Below are positions 28,324 to 36,772 of a stretch of 37,831 nucleotides of DNA, one piece after another. The DNA is taken from positions 1 through 37,831 of the forward strand of contig JANQMK010000380.1 of assembly GCA_028280085.1 (NCBI GenBank), given 5' to 3'. Below the pieces are notes generated by a model. The model had not been told where the DNA came from and made no database searches. It saw only the letters and a list, made by a program, of their open reading frames with translations. Origin of the DNA: Pseudomonadales bacterium (GTDB lineage: Bacteria; Pseudomonadota; Gammaproteobacteria; Pseudomonadales; JANQMK01). The position numbers and the translations under genes are program-made. How positions within the stretch are numbered: position 1 is the stretch's first letter; every line of letters starts with the position of its first letter.

Positions 28324-28692
28324 TTATTGGCCAATAAGTTTTTTAATGCCAGCGATAGCGGCATCGCCGTTAAATGGCTTGATAATCCAGCCTTCAACGC
28401 CAATCGATTTGCCTTTCATTTTCATGTTCCGGCAACTCTCTGTCGTTAACATGATAACATGGACGTCGTCCATATTATCCGCACTTTTTAGTTTTTCGAC
28501 CATGGTTAAGCCATCCATCTGCGGCATATTGATGTCACATAAGATCAGCTTTAAATCTGGGTGTTGTTTGGCTTTATCTAGTCCGTCCAGGCCATCTTTT
28601 GCGGTATCTACGCTGATGCCTTGGGATTGCAAATATTGGCTAACTTCAATCCGTACTGTTTCTGAATCGTCAACTACCAAAACTTCACACAT
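28324..28692 (-). CDS. Single-domain CheY-like response regulator (receiver only).
   Basis: VLVVDDSETVR, LILCDINMPQMDG (phospho-Asp), VIMLTTES and IIKPF. The acidic pocket, Thr and Lys are complete. There is no output domain. Confidence 0.92.
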   Translation of the reverse strand: MCEVLVVDDSETVRIEVSQYLQSQGISVDTAKDGLDGLDKAKQHPDLKLILCDINMPQMDGLTMVEKLKSADNMDDVHVIMLTTESCRNMKMKGKSIGVEGWIIKPFNGDAAIAGIKKLIGQ

Positions 28693-28738
28693 CTTTGCTA
28701 ACTCCGAGTAATATGTTTTTCCTTCAAACTAGCTATAG

Positions 28739-29749
28739 CTAGAATAATTCAAGCTTTCCTGCATTTTTTGAGTCTTCCGTGGATGAATCGATTGCTTCAA
28801 ACATCTCCGGTAGCCAATACATATTAAAAATAAATTTTTGATATAGGACCATATCGGGGTAGTGATTCAGTACGTCGCTGATAACGTATTTGAAACAAAG
28901 ATGTGGTTCATCAGAGCCGAAGCAGATGTGCCCTTGTTGGTGGTTTGCAACCAATGGTACTTGGAAGGTGCATAGTCCTTCTTTGAGCATATCAGGATTG
29001 GAAAAACGGGCTTTAAAGCGCCCCCAAATAACATTGGTGATTTCGCTTAGTATGTCGCTGACATCTCGAAAATTTATATCGTCTTTGCGGTGCAGATTTC
29101 TATCTGACATCGCACGTCGGTACAAGAGGTCGCCGCTATCAACTTGTAGCATTATAAAACCGCCACACCATTGTGTGGTGATTGGAATGAGCGTGTATAA
29201 ATCACCTAAGAATATTCGATCTTTGACTAGATAGGGCGGTTCGCAGATGATATTGCAATCAGCTAAGTTTTTATCTAACGCATCCAATGTAGTTGTCTTG
29301 ATGCTTGCTATCATTTCTTCGGGATAGCTGCGGTTAAAAATCTGCTTTTTAATAATACTCTCTAAGCCGGCTATGTTGTCTAAGTCGTAGATGCTAGCAA
29401 AACGTTGTGAAGATAAATTTTGCAGAAATTCGCGAGAACTTTGATCGTTGTAGCGGGCGAAAACAGGTAATTCTCTTCTCAGTTGAAAAAGTGAATCGGC
29501 TAGTTCGTTATATTCTTGAAAAGATTTATACTCGACAAAGACGGCGCCAAGATCTTGATTAGCGTCTAAAACTTTAAGCAAGTTACCTTTAGCAATGAGA
29601 GGCACCAGTCCCATTTTTTCAACAAATGGGGCTAGTCTGGTGATGGCTTTGTTACTGCTATCACTAATAAGAACTTTACTGACAACGCCTGGTTTGTGCA
29701 CTGTAGTTTCCTTAAGAGAGCCTGGTGTTAAGCTCCCATTAAAATACAA
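28739..29749 (-). CDS. Two-domain protein: an N-terminal receiver-like domain that appears degenerate, and a C-terminal CheX/CheC-like phosphatase-like domain.
   Basis: The C-terminal DILSEITNVIWG fits the CheC/CheX/FliY active-site consensus D/S-x3-E-x2-N. The N-terminal KVLISDSS...AVFVEYKS has a receiver layout with Glu where the phospho-Asp would be. The start is TTG. It ends 46 nt upstream of the CheY-like gene. Confidence 0.5.
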   Translation of the reverse strand: MYFNGSLTPGSLKETTVHKPGVVSKVLISDSSNKAITRLAPFVEKMGLVPLIAKGNLLKVLDANQDLGAVFVEYKSFQEYNELADSLFQLRRELPVFARYNDQSSREFLQNLSSQRFASIYDLDNIAGLESIIKKQIFNRSYPEEMIASIKTTTLDALDKNLADCNIICEPPYLVKDRIFLGDLYTLIPITTQWCGGFIMLQVDSGDLLYRRAMSDRNLHRKDDINFRDVSDILSEITNVIWGRFKARFSNPDMLKEGLCTFQVPLVANHQQGHICFGSDEPHLCFKYVISDVLNHYPDMVLYQKFIFNMYWLPEMFEAIDSSTEDSKNAGKLELF

Positions 29750-30165
29750 GCAGTTAATATTTTTACCTAGTATATGGTTAACTTTAGCAGTGGTTTGGCT
29801 AATCTACCACCATTTGTTGTGGGAAACTTATTTGTTATTTAGATATGTCAATATATTTATTATAAGTTGTTATGAGAAATCTCTTGCTTTCAATGTGAGT
29901 CCGACTTTTATCACTATTGTTAATTATCTTTAGGTATAACAACCACATATAAATATAGCTATTCAATTGAGACTATCGGTATTTCTCGATTAATGGCGAG
30001 GCGACTTTCATGACGTTACCGGTTCTAGTACTTTGTGGCAAGTAAGCTGTTATGCGCTATAACTAAATTGCCTAGCGGAACAAGAGTGGAATAAAGGTTG
30101 GTGAATCAAATAGTAGTTTGTTGCGCTAAACCTGAATGGCCTAGTGTGCACTTTTCATTATTGAG

Positions 30166-32742
30166 TTAGTTCACATGTGTCCATTGGGCGATGGCTTGAT
30201 ACAGTGTTTTAGAATGGACTGGCTTGTTGATATAGGCGTCCATACCCGCGTCGATTGCCATTTTTTTATTAGCAGATTCCGTGTTAGCGCTAACGGCGAT
30301 AATAGGTGTGTGATAGTCGCTGTCTGCTTCCATCGCTCTAATAGTTTTTGTTGCTTCATAGCCATCCATTTCCGGCATTTCACAGTCCATAAGAATAACC
30401 AAAATAGGCTCGGTTTTGTCGCGAAAATACTCTACGGCGATTCGCCCATTTTCGACCAAGATAGGTGTAACGTCGATTTTTTCTAGAAATCCTTTAATAA
30501 CTAACCGGTTAATTTCGTTGTCATCAACGACTAGCGCTTTATGGCCGCCTAAAGTTGCTTTTAGGTTAGCGATATCTAGTGGTATTTCTTGGACTGGCTT
30601 GGTTATTTCGCTCAATTCGTCAACCAGCTTATCAATGCGTATGGGTGATACAGGCAATTCAATAGTACAGTCAAATAGCTTTTCTTCTGCTAGATCTTTT
30701 TCTTTGTCTATGGCCCTTCTATTTTTAATAAGAACTTGTGTGGCAAGTTTATAGTGATCACGTATATAATGTGATATGGTTGCACAGTTGTCTTGCGTAG
30801 AAGCTTCGTCTATCAGCCACAGATCGATGTCATTATGTTTTTGTTGTTGCCAGTTTTTTACCGCGTCTAAGTTAGTGAGTATGTCGGTTTTAATGTGATG
30901 CCAACTGAGGTACCTCTGTAGCAGTTGTTGTTTTGGATGATCGCTAACAAGAATAGCTTGCGTCTGATACTCAGTAGGTTGATACACTAGCTCAGCTATT
31001 TGGTATTTTACGGTAAACCAGAAATTTGCCCCCTGTCCTGGTTGGCTATTGACACCAACTGTACCACCCATAAGTTCAGCCAATTGTTTACAGATGGCAA
31101 GCCCCAGCCCAGTACCGCCGTATTTTCGAGTGGTGCTGTTATCGGCTTGGGTAAAACTATCAAATAGTTTGTTTTGCTGTTCTTCACTCAGTCCGATACC
31201 CGTATCCTTCACGTCAAAACGTAATAGATTTTCAGGGGATGTGGTAACCTTTATGGTAATATCACCTTCTTCAGTAAACTTAAATGAATTGCTTAGATAG
31301 TTTAATAACATTTGTCGCAAACGTGTTAGATCGCTCACAATATAGCGGGAAACATCATCCGCAATATCGATAAACAAATTAATAGGCTTTTGCGCCAATG
31401 CGTAGGTAAATACGGCGGTACACTCGTCAATAAGTTGAAATAGGTCTGTTGTGATAAGCTCAATGGATAGCTTTTTGGCGTCTATTTTTGAGAAGTCGAG
31501 GATGTCATTAATCAATCTTAATAATGCTGAACTGGAGTTTTCAATATTTTGAACATACTGAGTTTGTTTTTCGCATAATTCCGTATCTTTTAGCAATTGG
31601 GCCATGCCAAGTACACCATTAATGGGAGTGCGGATTTCGTGGCTCATGTTGGCCAAAAATTCACTTTTGGTTTTAGCTTCAGCTAGAGCGACGGCACGTT
31701 CTTTTTCAGCTTGTTCTTTGAGTTTGTGTTGCGTGATATCTACTATGGAGCCATTTACAAAAAGCGGAGCATCATGCTCGTCCCGAATTAGCTGCATTGT
31801 TAACGACAGAGACTTGTCATTTTCAGTTGACGGGTCGGTATAGGTATATTCGTGTCCTATCAGCTGGTCACCGTTATCGATCATCAGAGTATAAAATGAT
31901 TCTGATTGTTGTCGCAGCTGTCGTTGGATGCGTTCCTTGTCTGCCGCTTTCGTCAAGCCCCATAAATTAGCTAACGCAGGATTGTAGTCACATTCTCCAG
32001 TTTGCATATTGTATTGAAACAACCCTTCGTGAGAGCGCTGAAATAACTTGTTGTATTTCTCTAAGTGATCCAGAGCTTTTTGCTGAGCAGCGTGCTTTTG
32101 GGCAGATACTTGATCGTACTGGCTTAAGAGGTGAATGTGGTGACAAATTGCCGATACCAGGGCCTGTTCAAGATCAGTGAATGGTGGACTGCCAAGATGA
32201 CGATGAAACAGTAGCAGTGGCAGACTATTATCCATTTGAGCAAATAGCCAGTGTGTATTGGCTATTTCATCATGTTGGGTAAACTCTTCTGAGAGAAATG
32301 GGGCTCTGTTCAGTGACAGTGAATTGAGTACCAATACGGGACTTTCTTTCAGTTGGCTTTCTAACCAATTTGCTTTCATGGGGTGGTTCAAATAGTCGGA
32401 GAAGCAGAAATCCGAAGTGACATAGAATTCGCCTTGTTTATGCAAAACACAGGCATCACTGACTCTTAATTTGCCCTCGATAAGTTGTAAGCAATACTCG
32501 GCGCCGTTTTCGGAATTTAACCATCCAGGTGGATTCTGGGACAACTCAGTAAAGCAAGTTAGCTTTTCTTCGGAGTACTTTAAGCGAATCGCCAGAAGAT
32601 GAATCTGCTCGGCTAACAGATCAATGTCTTGCACACCAGTTGAAGGAATAGGGTTAATGGCTAAGTCTTCTAGGGCATAGGTATCTATTGTTTTTGCCCA
32701 TTCAATCAGGGGCAATAACGAAGAGTAGGGCTCCTGCCGCAT
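30166..32742 (-). CDS. Cytoplasmic hybrid sensor histidine kinase: N-terminal sensory region, PAS-like, HisKA, HATPase_c, receiver-like spacer, then a canonical receiver.
   Basis: The H-box is [16 protein letters not shown]. The N and G boxes are [26 protein letters not shown] and [11 protein letters not shown]. The C-terminal receiver has [22 protein letters not shown] and INKP. No hydrophobic TM segment is present. Confidence 0.92.
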   Translation of the reverse strand: MRQEPYSSLLPLIEWAKTIDTYALEDLAINPIPSTGVQDIDLLAEQIHLLAIRLKYSEEKLTCFTELSQNPPGWLNSENGAEYCLQLIEGKLRVSDACVLHKQGEFYVTSDFCFSDYLNHPMKANWLESQLKESPVLVLNSLSLNRAPFLSEEFTQHDEIANTHWLFAQMDNSLPLLLFHRHLGSPPFTDLEQALVSAICHHIHLLSQYDQVSAQKHAAQQKALDHLEKYNKLFQRSHEGLFQYNMQTGECDYNPALANLWGLTKAADKERIQRQLRQQSESFYTLMIDNGDQLIGHEYTYTDPSTENDKSLSLTMQLIRDEHDAPLFVNGSIVDITQHKLKEQAEKERAVALAEAKTKSEFLANMSHEIRTPINGVLGMAQLLKDTELCEKQTQYVQNIENSSSALLRLINDILDFSKIDAKKLSIELITTDLFQLIDECTAVFTYALAQKPINLFIDIADDVSRYIVSDLTRLRQMLLNYLSNSFKFTEEGDITIKVTTSPENLLRFDVKDTGIGLSEEQQNKLFDSFTQADNSTTRKYGGTGLGLAICKQLAELMGGTVGVNSQPGQGANFWFTVKYQIAELVYQPTEYQTQAILVSDHPKQQLLQRYLSWHHIKTDILTNLDAVKNWQQQKHNDIDLWLIDEASTQDNCATISHYIRDHYKLATQVLIKNRRAIDKEKDLAEEKLFDCTIELPVSPIRIDKLVDELSEITKPVQEIPLDIANLKATLGGHKALVVDDNEINRLVIKGFLEKIDVTPILVENGRIAVEYFRDKTEPILVILMDCEMPEMDGYEATKTIRAMEADSDYHTPIIAVSANTESANKKMAIDAGMDAYINKPVHSKTLYQAIAQWTHVN

Positions 32743-33071
32743 AACCTATAGTACCTTGAGATAGTCTTATTTATAGCTGAATTTAACAACTAGTTGCTCT
32801 ATTTTTAGTATAGATGAAAGCTGGAATCCGACGAGAAAACTACTTTATTGTACTATTTTTGAACGAAAAATAGGCTGTGACGATTCTTTTTTGGGTTTCT
32901 TGTAGTCATTTCGGAGGGGTGAGCGTATTCCGTACAGTACGTAACTTTTATATTGGTGATATGATCAATATGTCGTTGTAATAAGGGAAAATAAGTCTTA
33001 GAACATCTACAATTACAGCGTTTTGGCGAGGCGCTTAGACCGGTGGTGTTACCTTTCGGGATAGGATTAGA

Positions 33072-34052
33072 CTATCGCAAAATAACGTCGACTTCTTGTA
33101 AACGGTTAGCATGGATAGCAATTTTCTTCCGCTTTAGGTTGTAGAGGTTAATGTGCTTTTTAATTGCTAAAGGCTGCTCAATGTCTTCATCAAACAGCTG
33201 CCAGTTGTTTTGCTGGATGTTGAGAATCATATTAGAACATTGTACTCCCATGACGTAATAATCAGGTAATGCGCCGAAGTCACCGAAATTCATTTTCTTT
33301 GCTAGTAAGGAATCGACACCAACAATAACGGGTTTTCTAAAACGCTTTACGGAAGGTAGCCAGGCCTTACGAAGCAGTTGGCTTTTTAGCAACGCATTGT
33401 CGTTTTCTATCCATAGCGCGTCTACCCCGTTTGACCTAAATTTTTTCAGAGCTTTTTTAATCAGGCTGATGTAGCGTGAACTTTCATTAGGTAATTCGAC
33501 GGAAACGATTTCGACACCCTCTGGCGCTAAAAACTGACGGTGGCGTTCGATGTCAGGCCTCATCCAAGAACGATAAATGATGCCAATTTTATTAAGCGGC
33601 TGTTGTGTTAACGAGCGTACGTAAATGAGACTGGTTGCCAGAGGTACCTCATAAACAATACCCGTCGCGTTTTTCATTGTTTCTACGTGCCTATCGATCT
33701 TTAACGCAATAAGTAGCAGAGCGGGTGGCATAATTTCATCTGGCTTTGCCTGTTTTTGGTATGCGGTGTAAGCATTAATAACATGGTTACTCATAAGTAC
33801 CACTAGTTTTGGTCGCCGCTGCATAATCTGTTTGATATATTCAACGCCACTTGATGTAGACATAATGTTATCTTCGACAATTAACTCGCCATCCAAATCA
33901 TCGGCAAGGCCTTGTAACGCTCGCTTAAAATGCTGGCCGTCAGGGCGTATGACGGAAATAAAGTCATTACTCGTGTGGCCTGGCATGCTCCATGTTATTA
34001 AGGAGATCATGAGGAGTTTAAGAATTAAGTTGATACAAATTTTCAACGCCAT
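33072..34052 (-). CDS. Secreted periplasmic-binding-protein-like protein (ABC-type substrate-binding fold, no transporter partner).
   Basis: It has a signal peptide (LILKLLMISLITWSMPG). Alternating beta/alpha segments resemble the ABC_sub_bind type (VVLMSNHV, IGIIYRS, DALWIENDN, PVIVGVDSL). Its start overlaps the upstream gene's stop by 10 nt. Confidence 0.6.
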   Translation of the reverse strand: MALKICINLILKLLMISLITWSMPGHTSNDFISVIRPDGQHFKRALQGLADDLDGELIVEDNIMSTSSGVEYIKQIMQRRPKLVVLMSNHVINAYTAYQKQAKPDEIMPPALLLIALKIDRHVETMKNATGIVYEVPLATSLIYVRSLTQQPLNKIGIIYRSWMRPDIERHRQFLAPEGVEIVSVELPNESSRYISLIKKALKKFRSNGVDALWIENDNALLKSQLLRKAWLPSVKRFRKPVIVGVDSLLAKKMNFGDFGALPDYYVMGVQCSNMILNIQQNNWQLFDEDIEQPLAIKKHINLYNLKRKKIAIHANRLQEVDVILR

Positions 34053-34795
34053 TGTTCCACCCCAAACAGTGAATTTAAAGGAGCCTTGAAGCTGCTTAAG
34101 CAGGCGATAACGTTATCGGGGGCTTTGCCTTCTTCGACCGCCAATATTGGCAAGCCGACAGATTGATCTGTCTTTGTCATAACAAAGGTTAATTTTGATT
34201 TGTTCTGCAGTGTTGCCAGGTGGCCATGTGGCACTAGTGCGATAGTTGTGGGCTTAAATATCCACAAAGCAATTAAATCTTCATACTTGGTGACTCGGGT
34301 TGTGCGCTTGATTTGCGGAAACCGGGTTTTGAGGTAGCTCTTTAATTCAGACCGGCCGAGCACATCTACCAATGCCACTTTGTGCTGACCTAATTCATCG
34401 CTAGTGACGTTGGAATTGAGCGAGACAATGTAATAGAACTCTTGATGAGAGCCTTCCCGTTCGCCCCTATTTACTAACTTAAAGTTAGGATAACGTGATA
34501 GAACAGGAGGTAGTGTTAAGATGGCGCCCGGCGATGCCTTTTTGATCTGTCGATGGAAATCTTTTGATAAGCCAAAAGCTAGCACATCGATATTATTGCA
34601 CTGGCCGCGAATTTGGTCTTGGATAGATTTGGCCGAAGCTGATGATGGAACATACACATATAGTGATTCAGCCCAGGTAAATTCTACGCTTGCTAAGCCT
34701 AACAGGAGTAGGAAGAGTGTGTTGTTCTGTCTTTGTCGCAAAGTGCTCGCTGCGGTAGACAGTATTTGTCTAGCTAGTTGAGCAAAAGACGGCAT
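34043..34795 (-). CDS. Second secreted periplasmic-binding-protein-like protein (possibly PhnD/type-2 SBP-like).
   Basis: ATG 34795 gives MPSFAQLARQILS...LFLLLLGLASVEFTWA, which looks like a signal peptide. The mature part has an SBP-like alternation (LYVYVPS, DVLAFG, KVALVD, IALVPH). The fold assignment is weak. The track's TTG start at 34858 is less likely. Confidence 0.5.
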   Translation of the reverse strand: MPSFAQLARQILSTAASTLRQRQNNTLFLLLLGLASVEFTWAESLYVYVPSSASAKSIQDQIRGQCNNIDVLAFGLSKDFHRQIKKASPGAILTLPPVLSRYPNFKLVNRGEREGSHQEFYYIVSLNSNVTSDELGQHKVALVDVLGRSELKSYLKTRFPQIKRTTRVTKYEDLIALWIFKPTTIALVPHGHLATLQNKSKLTFVMTKTDQSVGLPILAVEEGKAPDNVIACLSSFKAPLNSLFGVEQWR

Positions 34796-35018
34796 GGACC
34801 TTCCTGATGTCGTGCTGCAGTTTGTGGGAGACTTAGACTCATTAACTTCATTTAACAATTAGCTGTTTGTATACAATTATTAATTAGTTTAGTCATTATT
34901 TTACTGCTTATGTTTAATGGCTAGGTTTTATCAAATGGTTTTACCTTGCGGGGCCTGTTTTTGCGCCACTTAACGATTGATTGTTGGCTCTGCGGTATGG
35001 GTCTTGTTCACAGGAGCA

Positions 35019-36764
35019 TCATTGTTGACCTGTTATTGGCGCAATAGTAAACTCTAGGAAGAAGGTTGCTCCTTGGCCTGGACCGGCACTTTCTGCCCAA
35101 ATGCGGCCATTCATTTCTGCCATATAGTTAGCGCAACTATGCAAGCCAAAACCATGCCCATTTTGCTTAGTAGTATAACCATAGCTAAATATATGGGTGA
35201 GTTCCACCGCGTCGATGCCGACCCCTTGATCAGAAAATGAAACGATTACTTTTTTATTTTCTTCAGTTGTTGAGTTGCTATCCACAACAGACGTTTCAAT
35301 AATAAGCAGTCTATCTGCCGCTGCATTATCCTTCATGGCTTCACAGGCATTTTCCATGAGGTTAATAATAATTTGCATTGTTTTGAGCTTTTCCATCTGC
35401 ACCAATGGGATATCGCTGTAACGAGTTTGAATATTCATGTTGAGATTGGCCATCTCAATAGTAATGCAATCGTTTATTAGATTAATGAGATTGCGTTCGT
35501 TGCTAACACCGCTAATTCTGGTGCCGCTTGCATGTGCTTGCTGATCGGCAATGGTAGCGTTAATCAGGTCAACTTTTTCTACTAGACGTTTAATGTGGTT
35601 GCTGACAAAATCCATGTCATCGAATATAGAGATACCCAAATCTAAATAGTATTGCATTAGTTTTTTACCTTTAGGATCAGATTGGATAAATTCCTCTAGA
35701 TCATCAATGTGTTCTTCCAATAGCTCGTTAGCTTTTTTTAGTAAATGCACAGAATTATTATCGAGATTGTTTTTTATTAGATTGGCGGAAGTAGCTACGC
35801 TGTTTAGAATATTGCCAACATTGTGTAAAGTACCAGTTGCTATCTCTGCCATGCCCGCCTTATGCGCGTTATCTAAGGCTTCTTCTTGTAAACGTTTGAG
35901 CTGCTTGGTGCGTTCATTTACTTTCTGTTCCAGATTATCCGTATAGTCTTGCACTGTTTGGCGCATCATTTCCATATTGGTAGATAATATTGCTATCTCA
36001 TCATTGGTTTCGATATCGATATGTTGCGTATAATCACCTTTAGAGATAGTTTTGGCAGCCTTGGTCAAGTTTTCGAGAGGCTCAATAAGCTTATGTGCTT
36101 GCCGCCGGCTAGCGTGATGGCCGATTTGAAGGATGCCTAAACTGAAAACAGTTAATACCACGGCAGAAATATAATAATACTTTAATAGCTGTTTGCGGTT
36201 AGCTTCCATCACTTTCTGGCTTCTATTTGCATCAAGCCCGTATCGTAGGGTGCCAACACGCTCGCTGTCGACAATTACCGCGTCGGCAAATTCAATGATG
36301 CGGTTATGGTGAGCTGATGTTGACAGACCGTTAGTGATAGTTTTGTAGTCCGTGTCGGTAATATCATGTGCCCATTGGCTGATGGAGTCAGTCAAGGTAG
36401 TGCTTGACTCGTCGAATAAAGTTAGCCCTGGTTTTTGGTGAATAACCCAAGGAATCTTATTAGTATCCATGTAAATACCATAAATTACATCGGAATCACT
36501 GTTTACGGTAGAGGTAACAAGCTCTCTAATGGCACTGAAAGCATTATTTTTTACCATCTCTTGTAAAGCGATATTGTTATTATTGACTAGGGTTTTTCCT
36601 TTAGTATATAGCTCTTCTTGAATATGAGATCGTATTAAACCCATCGAAAAACTAAAGCTAAAATAGGCGATCGCTGAACTTGCTACTAGCAGTGCGACAA
36701 CAACCACGACCATCAAACGGACGTTGAGGGAGGTTAGTTTGGTTTGAATGCTGGTTTTATGCAT
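35019..36764 (-). CDS. Membrane sensor histidine kinase: TM1, a periplasmic domain of about 155 aa, TM2, HAMP, a coiled coil, an atypical H-box, then HATPase_c.
   Basis: TM1 is LMVVVVVALLVASSAIAYFSF and TM2 is YYISAVVLTVFSLGILQI. The HAMP region is IEPLENLTKAAKTISKGDYT...NDEIAIL. The H-box is ATGTLHNVGNILNS, with His314 at nt 35825-35823. The ATP lid is DQGVGI, GHGFGLH and GPGQGATFFLEF. Confidence 0.9.
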   Translation of the reverse strand: MHKTSIQTKLTSLNVRLMVVVVVALLVASSAIAYFSFSFSMGLIRSHIQEELYTKGKTLVNNNNIALQEMVKNNAFSAIRELVTSTVNSDSDVIYGIYMDTNKIPWVIHQKPGLTLFDESSTTLTDSISQWAHDITDTDYKTITNGLSTSAHHNRIIEFADAVIVDSERVGTLRYGLDANRSQKVMEANRKQLLKYYYISAVVLTVFSLGILQIGHHASRRQAHKLIEPLENLTKAAKTISKGDYTQHIDIETNDEIAILSTNMEMMRQTVQDYTDNLEQKVNERTKQLKRLQEEALDNAHKAGMAEIATGTLHNVGNILNSVATSANLIKNNLDNNSVHLLKKANELLEEHIDDLEEFIQSDPKGKKLMQYYLDLGISIFDDMDFVSNHIKRLVEKVDLINATIADQQAHASGTRISGVSNERNLINLINDCITIEMANLNMNIQTRYSDIPLVQMEKLKTMQIIINLMENACEAMKDNAAADRLLIIETSVVDSNSTTEENKKVIVSFSDQGVGIDAVELTHIFSYGYTTKQNGHGFGLHSCANYMAEMNGRIWAESAGPGQGATFFLEFTIAPITGQQ

Positions 36765-36772
36765 TATAGCAA

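Noticed and set aside
28255-28711. Plus-strand ORFs (64 aa and 121 aa) opposite the CheY-like gene.
   Set aside because: They are antisense to a receiver domain that has every catalytic residue in place. They are shadow ORFs.
29595-29933. 112-aa plus-strand ORF running from the CheX-like gene start into the intergenic region.
   Set aside because: Half of it is antisense to the CheX-like gene and the rest is AT-rich promoter-like DNA. It has no Shine-Dalgarno or motif.
30171-31843. Multiple ORFs of 70-112 aa on both strands within the 858-aa hybrid kinase gene.
   Set aside because: All lie inside a kinase reading frame that has intact H, N, G and receiver motifs. They are overlapping-frame artefacts.
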